Notes: generated from the letters alone by a model not told the origin. DNA of 64,000 bases from an uncultured Candidatus Saccharibacteria bacterium (GCA_964464735.1 CAYXKF010000001.1:35690-99689), one strand, 5' to 3'. Counted from the stretch's first letter, positions 19,121 through 29,214 are shown. Program-made: numbers and translations.

Positions 19121-20632
19121 ATGCAAAAAACCATCGCAGTAAAGAATGTTTCATATTCGATCAATGGGCGCCACATCCTAGATGGCGTTTCTTTTCGCTG
19201 CTCAATCAATGAACGCATTTGTATTTTTGGCGAAAACGGTGCTGGTAAGTCAACGTTGCTTAAATTGTTATGCGGAGTCTTAGAAGCTGATGATGGCGTG
19301 GTGCAGCATGAAGGGCGTATCCGTTTTAAATACGTGGCGCAAGAATTTAATCCTGAACATAAAGACCAAACGATTCAAGAATACATTAAGACCGAGGCGG
19401 GCGAGGGGTTATATAAAAAGATATTTGCATTGGGTCGCGATTTTGGTTTTGACTTAGAAGCTAACAAAACCAAGGTATGCAAAAGCCTATCGGGCGGCCA
19501 ACAAAAAATATTGGCGCTTAGCGTTGCGTTTGCAACGAATCCTGATTTTTTATTGCTTGATGAACCCGAGAATCACCTAGATATTGTCAGCCGCTTAGCG
19601 CTTGTGGGTATTGCCGAAGATTTTAAGGGTGGCATCATATTTATTTCGCACGACCGATTGATGATCGACCGCATATCGACCAAGGTGGGCGAATTGGCAA
19701 ACGGCAAGTTGCATATATCCGAAGGAGGATACGACGATTACATTAAGATGAAAATGGAGCGTATTGGCGGGCTTCAGCGAAAGTATGATGCCGAAACAAA
19801 GCGTATGAAGCAAATCGCCGCATCGCTGGATATTTTAAAACAAAAGGCAATACGCGGAAAAGAAGTTTCGGCGTACCACAAGGCGCGCGAAGAATTTGAC
19901 GCGCTTAAAAAAGCGCACAAAGAATCGGCCCGGCCGGACGACATGAAGACTAAAATTTCACTTGCGGGTGCAAATCGTCAACTGCATGACGGCAAACTAT
20001 TGTTTCGTATCCATCGCGGTATGTTTCAGTATCCAACTGCGCAATCGCGAACATTTACCGACGTTGATCTCGAGATCCGAACAGGTGACAAAATTGTGTT
20101 GCTTGGAAGAAACGGCTCGGGCAAATCGACCTTGCTTAAATGCCTAACCGGCGAATTACCACTTACGGGCGGCCAGATAAAATGGGGAAACGACATTTTG
20201 TGGGCGTACTTTGACCAGCATGCCGAATTTGACCCAGACGAAACGCCGATTACTATTGTGGCAGTAAAACTAAACTGTTCTGATATGACCGCTCAAGCGG
20301 CTTTAGGTGCGATGCGGTTTGATACTGACCGCATGAAGACCGCAGTAAAGTTTTTGTCGGGCGGGGAGCGCATGCGGCTTCGTTTTGCGATCGCATTTGG
20401 TAAAAAACCTGACTTCTTAATTTTGGATGAACCGACCAACCATATCGACGAAGTGACATGGGAAGTGCTGCTTGAAGCGTGTATTAATTCTAAAAGCTCG
20501 ATCTTACTGGTGACGCATGATCACGAATTCATCGAGGAATTTAATCCAAGCGTGTTTTGGTTAATTCACAACCAAAAGATTCTTGAACGCCATAAGGACC
20601 TGGATGTGCTTTTGGATGAAATCCGCGGCTAG
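19121..20632 (+). CDS. ABC-F family ATPase
   Basis: Two NBDs (GENGAGKST, GRNGSGKST; DEPENHLD, DEPTNHID), no TM segments. Confidence 0.92.
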   Translation: MQKTIAVKNVSYSINGRHILDGVSFRCSINERICIFGENGAGKSTLLKLLCGVLEADDGVVQHEGRIRFKYVAQEFNPEHKDQTIQEYIKTEAGEGLYKKIFALGRDFGFDLEANKTKVCKSLSGGQQKILALSVAFATNPDFLLLDEPENHLDIVSRLALVGIAEDFKGGIIFISHDRLMIDRISTKVGELANGKLHISEGGYDDYIKMKMERIGGLQRKYDAETKRMKQIAASLDILKQKAIRGKEVSAYHKAREEFDALKKAHKESARPDDMKTKISLAGANRQLHDGKLLFRIHRGMFQYPTAQSRTFTDVDLEIRTGDKIVLLGRNGSGKSTLLKCLTGELPLTGGQIKWGNDILWAYFDQHAEFDPDETPITIVAVKLNCSDMTAQAALGAMRFDTDRMKTAVKFLSGGERMRLRFAIAFGKKPDFLILDEPTNHIDEVTWEVLLEACINSKSSILLVTHDHEFIEEFNPSVFWLIHNQKILERHKDLDVLLDEIRG

Positions 20633-20650
20633 TGGTATACTTAGGTGCAT

Positions 20651-21040
20651 ATGATCTACATCTACACCCTGGTCCCACTTGTTATTATTGACGCCATTTG
20701 GCTTTTTTTAATGGGCAGCCATTATCGCACCTGGCTATCAACTATATTTGCTGCGAAAGTGTCTATTATTCCGATACTTATTTTTTACCCCCTTTACGCT
20801 TTAGGGATCGTATTTTTTGTGTTGCGCCCCGCGATACAATCAGGGGCAACATGGTGGCACGTGCTTCTTACGGGAATGTTTTTAGGTTTAATCGCTTACG
20901 GTGCGTACGACCTGACCAACCAGGCAACACTTAAAGACTGGCATTGGTATGTAACGCTTATTGATATAGCGTGGGGTGTAGTTGTTACGGGTGCAGCAAG
21001 TACAATTGGTTTTTCGCTATTTAATTATTTTATAAGATAA
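20651..21040 (+). CDS. DUF2177 membrane protein
   Basis: IDAIWL, YGAYDLTNQATLKDW, DIAWG. Confidence 0.88.
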   Translation: MIYIYTLVPLVIIDAIWLFLMGSHYRTWLSTIFAAKVSIIPILIFYPLYALGIVFFVLRPAIQSGATWWHVLLTGMFLGLIAYGAYDLTNQATLKDWHWYVTLIDIAWGVVVTGAASTIGFSLFNYFIR

Positions 21041-21051
21041 TAACAAATAGT

Positions 21052-21759
21052 ATGGGAGAAAATTGGTTTAAAAATCCGCTTTCAGTATTTAATAAGAAAA
21101 AACCCGAGAACACTTCGGAAAACAACGATGCAACACCTGATCGTGCCAAGATGGGTCCAAACGACCTGGTATTGCTTATGCTTAATAACTTTGGTTTTCA
21201 TGTTTCACGAATCGAAGACATCACCTATGAACAAATTAAGGGCACTGACTTGGCGGGAGTCGCAAGCGCAAGTAATGGCGGGAGTCGTGTTACGCTAGAA
21301 AATTTCTTAAATCAAAAGGGTGTATACCCCGAACACTTTCTTATGATTGGCGAGCTTATGGTTGCTCCAAATTACGAAGAGGTTGTTAAGAAAACATATC
21401 AGAATGTCGACGAAGTTGTATTACATGACCCTTTTGCGTCACTGGGTACCTTATTTGACCGTATCAAGGAAAACTCTAGGCAGGTTGGGGCTGATACATT
21501 TATTGTAAAAAACAATAAAACAGGTATTGCATATTCCTTTCCAAAAAAATTTGCCGAAGGCTTTTATCATCTCATGAAGCATCTTGAAAAATTGAATTAC
21601 GAAGGGCAGGTGTTAGATAAATATAAAGAGAATAATATGCCTCAAAAATATATCGACGAGCAAGAGAAGAAGCTTGCGCAAATCGATACTGCGCATGGGC
21701 CAAGTAAATATCTGCAAACATGGTTTGAGCAGCAGCAGAGGAAACAGGGTTTGAAATAA
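21052..21759 (+). CDS. hypothetical protein
   Basis: 235 aa ORF tightly packed between neighbours. Confidence 0.7.
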   Translation: MGENWFKNPLSVFNKKKPENTSENNDATPDRAKMGPNDLVLLMLNNFGFHVSRIEDITYEQIKGTDLAGVASASNGGSRVTLENFLNQKGVYPEHFLMIGELMVAPNYEEVVKKTYQNVDEVVLHDPFASLGTLFDRIKENSRQVGADTFIVKNNKTGIAYSFPKKFAEGFYHLMKHLEKLNYEGQVLDKYKENNMPQKYIDEQEKKLAQIDTAHGPSKYLQTWFEQQQRKQGLK

Positions 21760-21762
21760 ACT

Positions 21763-22224
21763 ATGTCTGATCGCTTTACATACATTGGTTCGTCATACTT
21801 GCTTTTGATTAACGACAGAAAGATCCTTCTGTTGCGTCGGGCAAATACTGGTTTTCAGGATGGCAATTATGGCTTGCCGTCTGGGCACTTGGATGGTAAG
21901 GAAACTGCACGCGAAGGCTGCGCTCGTGAAGTGCGCGAGGAAATTGGCATTACTATTCAGCCCGAAGATCTAAATGTTGTACACGTAATGCATCGCAAGG
22001 CCGAACGCGACGAACGCATCGACTTTTTTATGACCGCAAACCAATATGAAGGCGAAGTAAAAAATTGTGAACCCAATAAATGTGACGACCTTTCGTGGTT
22101 TTCGCTTGATGCGTTGCCAGAAAATATGGTTGATTATGTAAAAGTTGCAATTGAGCATTATCAAAATGGAAAATCTTATTCGGAATTTGGTTGGAATTCT
22201 GCGCTTGCGGGCGCAGGGAAATAA
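21763..22224 (+). CDS. NUDIX hydrolase
   Basis: LPSGHLDGKETAREGCAREVREEIG, NCEPNKCDDL. Confidence 0.9.
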   Translation: MSDRFTYIGSSYLLLINDRKILLLRRANTGFQDGNYGLPSGHLDGKETAREGCAREVREEIGITIQPEDLNVVHVMHRKAERDERIDFFMTANQYEGEVKNCEPNKCDDLSWFSLDALPENMVDYVKVAIEHYQNGKSYSEFGWNSALAGAGK

Positions 22225-22239
22225 AGTAGAATCTTCGGT

Positions 22240-22719
22240 ATGTTTACAAAAACCATCCAAAAAATTTTAGACTTCATGGACCGCTGGCGCGATGAGCACA
22301 TCGTCATTTCAAGTGTCTTGTTTACATTGCAAGTAGTACACCTTATTTGGTTGTTGGTGTTTGTGGTACTGCCAAAGCTTGGTGTGCAAACGGGTGAACT
22401 GCCACGGCTTCTTGAATACATCATTATTGTTGTCGACTACACCGAAATCCCGGCGCTTATTTTAACGACACTGCTGTACATCGGCGAATGGAATCGTGAT
22501 CGCAAGTTCAAAAACATTTTGTATATTTTATTCTTAAACACTCAATGGATCCATTTGTTTTGGATCACCGACGAATTTGTTGTGTCATCATTTGCAAGCC
22601 CTATTACGATGGCGCCATGGCTGGCATGGGTTGCGATTGCAATTGATTACCTAGAAGTTCCAGTAATGTACGAAACTATCAAAAAAGCGCTTTCGCTGAA
22701 AAAAGGAAAAGCGCAGTAA
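22240..22719 (+). CDS. membrane protein with internal DYxE(I/V)P repeat
   Basis: Two halves: Q.VHL.W...VDYTEIP and QWIHLFW...IDYLEVP. Confidence 0.75.
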   Translation: MFTKTIQKILDFMDRWRDEHIVISSVLFTLQVVHLIWLLVFVVLPKLGVQTGELPRLLEYIIIVVDYTEIPALILTTLLYIGEWNRDRKFKNILYILFLNTQWIHLFWITDEFVVSSFASPITMAPWLAWVAIAIDYLEVPVMYETIKKALSLKKGKAQ

Positions 22720-22722
22720 GCT

Positions 22723-23304
22723 ATGGTGAAGGCGTTCTTTTTTGATGCTGATGGAGTCGTAATAAAATCTCGAAGCGAACTATTTAGTACGCGTTTTGCG
22801 CGCATGCAAGGCGTTGACCCCGCGCTTGTCGTTCCGTTTTTTAAAAACGACATGAAGGAATCTTTTTTAGGAAAAGGGGATATCCGCGCCGCGTTGGAAA
22901 AATATTTAAAGGTATGGAAATGGGAGGGAACTGCAGACGAGTTTTTGCTGTATTGGTTTAAAGAAGAAAGCCCTGCCGATGAAACAACGCTTTCAAAAAT
23001 TGATGCACTTCGGCAAAAAGGCTATAAGTGCTATTTGGCGACTGGTCGCGAGCCGCATTGGGCGGCCTATTTACTTGATAGGGCTGGTTTGCGAAACCGT
23101 TTTGATGGATTTCTGTTTTCGTACGAACTGGGTTATGACAAAGAAGATCCACGGTTTTTTACCAAAGCGCTTGAAACTCTTAATGTGCAGCCTTCGGATG
23201 TTGTTCATTTTGACGATAGCGCCGAGGATCTTTCTGCTGCTTGTGCTGCTGGTATAGATGCTCAGTTATTTACGGGATACAATATACTTGATACATATTC
23301 ATGA
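22723..23304 (+). CDS. HAD-IA hydrolase
   Basis: FFDADGV motif I, K, HFDDS. Confidence 0.85.
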   Translation: MVKAFFFDADGVVIKSRSELFSTRFARMQGVDPALVVPFFKNDMKESFLGKGDIRAALEKYLKVWKWEGTADEFLLYWFKEESPADETTLSKIDALRQKGYKCYLATGREPHWAAYLLDRAGLRNRFDGFLFSYELGYDKEDPRFFTKALETLNVQPSDVVHFDDSAEDLSAACAAGIDAQLFTGYNILDTYS

Positions 23305-23359
23305 AATATTCTCTCAAATAAATATGTGAATATGAAGCGGTTTGATTAGTACTGCAGTA

Positions 23360-23396
23360 AAACAAAAAGAGGCGCGATACGCGCCTCTTTTTGTTT
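23360..23396. terminator. bidirectional terminator
   Basis: AAACAAAAAGAGGCGCG-ATA-CGCGCCTCTTTTTGTTT perfect hairpin. Confidence 0.85.
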
Positions 23397-23406
23397 AAAT
23401 CTATTC

Positions 23407-23529
23407 CTACGACGATTGCTCGTCTGTAGCGTTGTCGTTCGTATCCATTTCTTCTGCCTTCATGCCGCACTGCGGGCATGTTCCGTCTACCATCTCTACA
23501 TTACACATAGGGCACATGTTATTTTCCAT
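23407..23529 (-). CDS. 40-aa CPxC/CPxCG zinc-finger microprotein
   Basis: Hand translation MENNMCPMCNVEMVDGTCPQCGMKAEEMDTNDNATDEQSS*; TACAAT upstream, terminator downstream. Confidence 0.75.
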   Translation of the reverse strand: MENNMCPMCNVEMVDGTCPQCGMKAEEMDTNDNATDEQSS

Positions 23530-23636
23530 ACATTTTCTTTCTTAGCTATGGTAATCGTCGACCTTAGTATTGTACTCCTTTAATTTTGGATATGCTACAA
23601 TCAAAAAAGCATTATTAATCAAGTAATTACGTACCC

Positions 23637-24335
23637 ATGAAACAAATTATTACTATTATTGCTGCTGTCGTTGTTATTGCGATTGCCGGATATTTTGTCA
23701 GCATTACCCGCGCGCCGTCGGCTCCATCAACTGATATTCAAACTGCTGCCGAAAGTAACGAATCTGGCGCGGTTGCCACGTCGCAAGGCGAGGTGTATCG
23801 CATTTCACAAACCGAATCAAAGGCAGGCTTCGAAATCGGTGAAATTTTGCGCGACAAGCCGTTTACGGCCGTTGGAACAACCAGCGAAGTTGCCGGCGAC
23901 ATTAGCTTAAAAGTTGACGAGGAATCGGGTCATGAATATTTTGATTTTGGCACCATTACCATCAATGCGCGAACCTTTAAAACTGATAGCGAAAACCGCG
24001 ATGGTGCCATTGCGCGCATGATCTTGCGCTCCGAGGATCCGGCAAACGAATTTATTACCTATAAGGTAACTTCGGTTGGCTTGCCTGACGCGCCTGTGCC
24101 AGATGTTGCAACTGCATTTTCGGTTACCGGCGACCTGACCATTTCGGGTGTGACCAAGCAAGTCACCATGTTGGGAACCATGACTGCCAACAGTGCAAAA
24201 TTGTCGGGCAATTTGTCGGCCAAAATTAAGCGTTCAGATTTTGGCTTAACCATTCCAAACATCCCATTTGTTGCAAGCGTGGATGATGAATTTACCATCA
24301 AGGCTGACATTGTTGCCTACCGCATTGCCGAATAA
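23637..24335 (+). CDS. YceI family lipid/polyisoprenoid-binding protein, membrane-anchored
   Basis: N-terminal TM; TDSENRD, GDLTISGVTKQV, IKRSDFGL. Confidence 0.88.
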   Translation: MKQIITIIAAVVVIAIAGYFVSITRAPSAPSTDIQTAAESNESGAVATSQGEVYRISQTESKAGFEIGEILRDKPFTAVGTTSEVAGDISLKVDEESGHEYFDFGTITINARTFKTDSENRDGAIARMILRSEDPANEFITYKVTSVGLPDAPVPDVATAFSVTGDLTISGVTKQVTMLGTMTANSAKLSGNLSAKIKRSDFGLTIPNIPFVASVDDEFTIKADIVAYRIAE

Positions 24336-24351
24336 GTATTTTGTGCCACTT

Positions 24352-24379
24352 AAAAAGAGCGGGGGAAGCCCGCTCTTTT
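24352..24379 (+). terminator. intrinsic terminator
   Basis: AAAAGAGCGGG-GGAAG-CCCGCTCTTTT. Confidence 0.75.
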
Positions 24380-24414
24380 GCGTATGCATTTTGTGCTGTG
24401 GTATAATACCTCGC

Positions 24415-25323
24415 ATGAAAAAATATCTTTTGCCTTTAAGCCTTGGCGTTACTTTGGCATTTGTAGCTGCGGTGCCGCTTTTCGCACAGCAGGCATTGTC
24501 AAACGAATACAATACGATGCCGTCGTCGGTTACTCGTCAAAAAGTAACCGGTATTGCGCCTGGATTAACTGCCGAAGTAACTGCAGGTTCGATCTTTTGG
24601 CTCAATGGTTCTGCAAAGGTAAGCTGGCTTACCTCAAGTAAAAATCCAACTATATTTTCCGGAGCGCTTGATTTTCTAAAAGCGCGCGATATTGCAAAGC
24701 AACAAAGTGGCGGCGAACTAGTCTTGGCGTTTGCGGCAGCCTATAAGGCGCCCAGTGGAAGCATCGAAGGTGTGGCGTACCAAAAAGGGCAAGCGGTCGG
24801 GCAAAGTACATACAGCAAAACAGGGTTCGTTTATATCACTCCTGCGGGTAAAATTGAACTGTATCGATACGCAACGACAAACAGTAATGGCGCGACGGTT
24901 GTCGATACTACCCAGGCCGACGCATTGGTTGCCCGTGCACAGCAGGAAAAAGGATCGTTGTTTCAGCAAATTCCAGCAATTTGGGATGGTGTAAAGCGGG
25001 TAAACTCGACCAGTACTAGCCCATATCTTTGGCGCGCCCTGGTTCGCACAACATCGGGCCAAATTGGAGTTTTGAATGTTGATTTAAACTATACGCAAAA
25101 CCAATTTTTAGATATGGCGTTGGCGCTTAAGGATGCTTCGGGTAATAAGCTTATTGATGATCTGATTCTTTTGGATACGGGCGTATTTTCGTACGGGATA
25201 TTTCGTGATAATGAACAAATAACTGCCGACGCGGCAAACAACCAATTTAGCGCCAATGTCATGGAGGATGCGGCATTCCCAAACTATAAAGATTACACTA
25301 ATATATTAGTTATTGGTCAGTAA
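24415..25323 (+). CDS. secreted hypothetical protein
   Basis: Signal peptide MKKYLLPL..PLFAQ; ATG just after TGTGGTATAAT. Confidence 0.7.
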   Translation: MKKYLLPLSLGVTLAFVAAVPLFAQQALSNEYNTMPSSVTRQKVTGIAPGLTAEVTAGSIFWLNGSAKVSWLTSSKNPTIFSGALDFLKARDIAKQQSGGELVLAFAAAYKAPSGSIEGVAYQKGQAVGQSTYSKTGFVYITPAGKIELYRYATTNSNGATVVDTTQADALVARAQQEKGSLFQQIPAIWDGVKRVNSTSTSPYLWRALVRTTSGQIGVLNVDLNYTQNQFLDMALALKDASGNKLIDDLILLDTGVFSYGIFRDNEQITADAANNQFSANVMEDAAFPNYKDYTNILVIGQ

Positions 25324-25331
25324 TCGATTTT

Positions 25332-26336
25332 ATGAGTGCTTCTGATAATGCCATTATTGTATCCGGGTTAACCAAAGAATTCAATTTTCCGGTTAAAGAT
25401 CCGAAAAAAAATTGGTTTAGTAATTTGCTGTCTCCTGAAATTCGTACCATACAGGCAGTCTGTAATGTTTCGTTTTCGGTTTCTAAGGGTGAACGGGTGG
25501 CATTTATTGGACCCAATGGGGCAGGTAAATCGACAACAATAAAAATGCTTACTGGCATCTTGTTTCCCTCACGCGGTAACGTTAATGTGCTTGGCCTAGA
25601 TCCAACGGTTGATAGAAAAAAATTGGCCTACAAAATTGGGACTGTATTTGGTCAACGCTCGCAGCTACTGCCAAATTTACCGCTTACTGATTCGCTAGAG
25701 TTTTTCGGTGTTATGTATGATATGTCTGATAAGCAAATCAAAAGCCGGATTAGCGAGTTGAGCCAACAATTTGATTTAGCTGTATTTATAGATCAGCCGG
25801 TGCGTAAGCTTTCATTAGGGCAGCGGATGCGTGCCGAAGTTGCTGCTTCACTAATGCATAAGCCGGAAATAATCTTTTTAGATGAGCCAACAATTGGTCT
25901 TGATGTGGTCGCAAAAAAAGCACTTCGTGATCTTTTGTTAAAGGTTAATAAAGAGGAAGGCGTTACTATTTTTCTTACCTCGCATGATGTTGGAGACATT
26001 GAAACTTTGTGTACGCGTACGATAGTAGTAAACCATGGAGAAATTATGAAAGACTTACCTACATCCGAGCTTGGTACCGCTTTTGCCTTCGAAAAATACA
26101 TAGAACTTACTGCGGCACAATCATTTGCTGAATTTCCGAAACTCTCAAAAGGGCTTACTTATGTATCGCAGGCACCTGAAAAAGTTGTGGTATCAGTAAA
26201 TACGCAAATAGTTAAAGTCCAAGATGCGCTTAAATTGTTAATGCGTTCATTTGAAGTGTCTGATGTGGATGTGTATAGCACAGATCTTGAAACAGTTATT
26301 AGGCATATGTATGAAGCAGCTTCGCCTCGGACTTAA
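25332..26336 (+). CDS. ABC transporter ATP-binding protein
   Basis: GPNGAGKST, VFGQRSQL, LSLGQRMR, DEPTIGLD. Confidence 0.93.
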   Translation: MSASDNAIIVSGLTKEFNFPVKDPKKNWFSNLLSPEIRTIQAVCNVSFSVSKGERVAFIGPNGAGKSTTIKMLTGILFPSRGNVNVLGLDPTVDRKKLAYKIGTVFGQRSQLLPNLPLTDSLEFFGVMYDMSDKQIKSRISELSQQFDLAVFIDQPVRKLSLGQRMRAEVAASLMHKPEIIFLDEPTIGLDVVAKKALRDLLLKVNKEEGVTIFLTSHDVGDIETLCTRTIVVNHGEIMKDLPTSELGTAFAFEKYIELTAAQSFAEFPKLSKGLTYVSQAPEKVVVSVNTQIVKVQDALKLLMRSFEVSDVDVYSTDLETVIRHMYEAASPRT

Positions 26337-27111
26337 CATTATTCAAATGCTTACTAAGGATCGGATGTACTATCCGGGGAGACTTTTTGCTGATGTTACT
26401 GCGATGCTCATGCGTTTTGGGGTACTGGTGCTTTTATATTGGTATGTATATCGCGTAAAAGGAGGTAGTATTGCGGGTACTGATTTTTCGATGGTGGCGT
26501 GGAGCATGTTTTTTTATTTCTCTTTTTCTGTGTTGCGCTTGCGTGATATTTATTTGTCTATTATGCAGGACATAAAGTCGGGAAATGTTGAGACGTTATT
26601 TACAAAACCCATTTCGTACTTAGGGTTTCGCATGTACTGGCAGCTAGGATACGGGTTGTATTCATGTGCGATAATTTTTCCTGTAGGATTCTTGATTATG
26701 GCGCTCACGGTCGGGATCCCCGCCACAATGCACAGTTGGTTTTTTGTTCTAACTGCAATCGCTGTTGTTATAGGAGCACATATATTGCAGTTAATACTGT
26801 ATGCTATTGTCGGGCTGCTTGCTTTTTGGATCGAAGACGTAAAGCCAGTGTTTTGGATTGTCGATAAGGCGGTTATGATCCTTGGAGGTTCGTACTTACC
26901 AGTGGCATTGTTTCCGCCCATTATGTATAAATTGGCAATCTTAAGCCCCTTTGGAGCGACGCAATTTATTACTCATACGGTGTACCCAAGCTGGGGCACC
27001 ATGTGGTTGCAGTTACTTGCAATTCAGCTGTTTTGGATAGTTCTGCTAGCAATGGTCCTTTTTGGGTTATTTGCTTCGGCGAAAAAGCATGTATCAGTCA
27101 ATGGCGGATAA
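26311..27111 (+). CDS. ABC-2 family permease
   Basis: 6 TM, DIKSG..L.KP, LGGSYLPV; in operon with ATPase. Confidence 0.85.
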   Translation: MKQLRLGLNIIQMLTKDRMYYPGRLFADVTAMLMRFGVLVLLYWYVYRVKGGSIAGTDFSMVAWSMFFYFSFSVLRLRDIYLSIMQDIKSGNVETLFTKPISYLGFRMYWQLGYGLYSCAIIFPVGFLIMALTVGIPATMHSWFFVLTAIAVVIGAHILQLILYAIVGLLAFWIEDVKPVFWIVDKAVMILGGSYLPVALFPPIMYKLAILSPFGATQFITHTVYPSWGTMWLQLLAIQLFWIVLLAMVLFGLFASAKKHVSVNGG

Positions 27112-27115
27112 TACT

Positions 27116-27910
27116 ATGATCAACGAATTGCGCTTTGCGCTTTATACCATAAAAAAGAATATCCAAAGCAATGCCGAACTGCGCACCAGCTTCATGATGA
27201 ATATTGCGGGAATGGCTTTAAATAATATCTCTTTTATTATTCTTTGGACTTCGTTCGTGCACTCGGTTGGAATTATTAATAATTGGCGGGCAATAGATAT
27301 TATTGCTCTTGAGGGGTTTTCTGCTGTGGTGTTTGGGGTAGCTCTTTCGTTTGGAGATGGAATACGACGTATACCTGCGTTGGTTACCAGTGGAGCTTTT
27401 GACCGTTTTATGCTTGCACCTAAAAATCTTCTTATTCGGGCGGCGACTTCTTCGTTTGGCGCGGCTGCGCTAGGAGACGCCCTCTTTGGAATAGTGTGCC
27501 TTATTGTATACGCTGTAGTTGTTAATTTATCACTTTACCAGATCGGAATACTTATCCTCGCCGTCATTGCGTCGGTAATTTTGTTTGCATCTGTTGCTGT
27601 AACTATATTTTCGCTGGGTTTTATCTTTACTGACGGCGAATCGACTGTCGCAGGATTCTTCGAGATATTCTTTACTCCTACCTTATTTCACGCAGGCGCA
27701 TTTACGGGAGTGCTGCGTTTCGTGTTTACGTTCGTAGTCCCATCGTTAGTCGTGGCAGGATTACCTGTTGAGGCGGTGCGCGATATGTCTATTGTAAAAT
27801 TGACTGTCATTGTTGGAATGTCATTAGTTTGGGCGGTTTTGGCTGTTTGGTTTTTTGGGAAGATGATACAAAAATACGAAAGTTCAAATTTTATGACGTT
27901 TGGAAATTAA
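27116..27910 (+). CDS. ABC-2 family permease
   Basis: GAFDRFMLAP, C-terminal KYES; second permease of the operon. Confidence 0.85.
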   Translation: MINELRFALYTIKKNIQSNAELRTSFMMNIAGMALNNISFIILWTSFVHSVGIINNWRAIDIIALEGFSAVVFGVALSFGDGIRRIPALVTSGAFDRFMLAPKNLLIRAATSSFGAAALGDALFGIVCLIVYAVVVNLSLYQIGILILAVIASVILFASVAVTIFSLGFIFTDGESTVAGFFEIFFTPTLFHAGAFTGVLRFVFTFVVPSLVVAGLPVEAVRDMSIVKLTVIVGMSLVWAVLAVWFFGKMIQKYESSNFMTFGN

Positions 27911-27911
27911 C

Positions 27912-27940
27912 AAAAAAAGCGGCCGCAAGGCCGCTTTTTT
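27912..27940. terminator. bidirectional terminator
   Basis: AAAAAAGCGGCC-GCAA-GGCCGCTTTTTT between convergent genes. Confidence 0.88.
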
Positions 27941-27954
27941 GAATATTACAGTGT

Positions 27955-29040
27955 TTAGCTTACAAAAGTCAAAGTCATCTTTTGTTCCTTTGGATTGAAC
28001 ACGTTGATCTTGAACTTGTATGATTTGCCCAGTTCCAACTTGTCCTTCATTTCTTTCATGTCGGCAAAGTTTGAAACGTGGATCAAGCCTGCAACGCCTT
28101 CTTCGATCGAAACCAAAGCGCCGTGCTTGTTGAACTTGATCACTACACCGTCAACAACATCGTCCTTGGTGTACTTGTTTTCGGCAAGCGTCCATGGGTT
28201 TGCTTTAAGTGCCTTGATCGAAAGCGACAATTTGCCGTCTTTGATCTCGATAACCTTAGCGCGTACCTTTTCGCCGACCTTGTAGGCCTTGCGAGGATCC
28301 TCGACCAAGCCCCAGTCGATTTCTGAAATGTGTACCAAACCTTCAAGGCCTTCTTCGACTTTCAAGAATACACCAAAGTCTACAGCGCCAGTCACTTCGC
28401 ACAATAGTTCGTCGCCGACATTGTACTTGGTAACCAGTTCTTTTCGTTCAGAATTATCCGAACCTTTTTCAGTAAAGATAAGTTTGCCTTCTTTAGGGTT
28501 GACTGAAAGGATCATGACCGAGATGGCGGTACCAGTAAGCTTCTTAAGCTCTTTCAAAATCTGGTCCTTGTCGCCATCGTCAACGCGCGGGTAGTGTTCG
28601 CTTTTTAACTGTGATGCCGGCAAGAATCCTTCGATACCATGCCATTCAACCATAAGGCCGCCTTTGTTGGCATCCTTGATGGTAAGTTCAAATACCGTTT
28701 TTTCGCGTAATGCTTTTTCGGCGTCAGACCATAATACTGCCTGCTTCGCTTCTTGAAGCGAAAGTTCGACGTATCCGTCTTCGTTTTCAGTATCAACAAC
28801 CTTTGCCTTAATCATGTCGTTCGGGTGAACGTTTTTTAGGATTTCGCGGGCAATGATAAATTCGCGTCCGTAAATGACACCAGTTCCGAATGGATTGATG
28901 TTTACATACACGCGGCCCTTGCTGATCGAAAGAACGACGCCTTCAAGGATGGCACCTTCTTCGATAGGGTTTTTCTGCTCGTTTTCAAGCAGGGTTTTCA
29001 TCATTTCTGATGTAACACTTGTTTCTGTTGCTTCTGGCAT
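27955..29040 (-). CDS. rpsA: 30S ribosomal protein S1 (4 S1 domains)
   Basis: NKGGL..GFLPASQL, DFGVF..LEGLVHISEIDW, GLIHVS; structured leader. Confidence 0.9.
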   Translation of the reverse strand: MPEATETSVTSEMMKTLLENEQKNPIEEGAILEGVVLSISKGRVYVNINPFGTGVIYGREFIIAREILKNVHPNDMIKAKVVDTENEDGYVELSLQEAKQAVLWSDAEKALREKTVFELTIKDANKGGLMVEWHGIEGFLPASQLKSEHYPRVDDGDKDQILKELKKLTGTAISVMILSVNPKEGKLIFTEKGSDNSERKELVTKYNVGDELLCEVTGAVDFGVFLKVEEGLEGLVHISEIDWGLVEDPRKAYKVGEKVRAKVIEIKDGKLSLSIKALKANPWTLAENKYTKDDVVDGVVIKFNKHGALVSIEEGVAGLIHVSNFADMKEMKDKLELGKSYKFKINVFNPKEQKMTLTFVS

Positions 29041-29186
29041 AATTTGATGTAATACAAAACCGCTTTCGACAGCGGCTTCAATGTCAGAAAGGGTATTTTG
29101 GGGTTTCTTCCCAAAAGGGTTATACCTTTCGTCGATTGGCTACTAATGAATGCAAGTATACTTATAAAAACTGTTTTGGCAAGAGG

Positions 29187-29214
29187 TTGACTTACTGGGA
29201 TGCGGGTATACCAT
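29187..29214 (+). promoter_or_regulatory. sigma70-type promoter of 29272..29796
   Basis: TTGACT-16nt-TACCAT; AGGAGG at 29261-29266 before ATG. Confidence 0.55.

Noticed and set aside
19121-20632. Antibiotic-resistance ABC-F
   Set aside because: The subfamily cannot be assigned by eye, and no leader peptide or resistance context is visible.
24415-25323. Phosphodiester glycosidase (NAGPA-like) assignment
   Set aside because: LLDTGVFS only weakly resembles the LDGGGS motif, so I left it as a secreted hypothetical protein.
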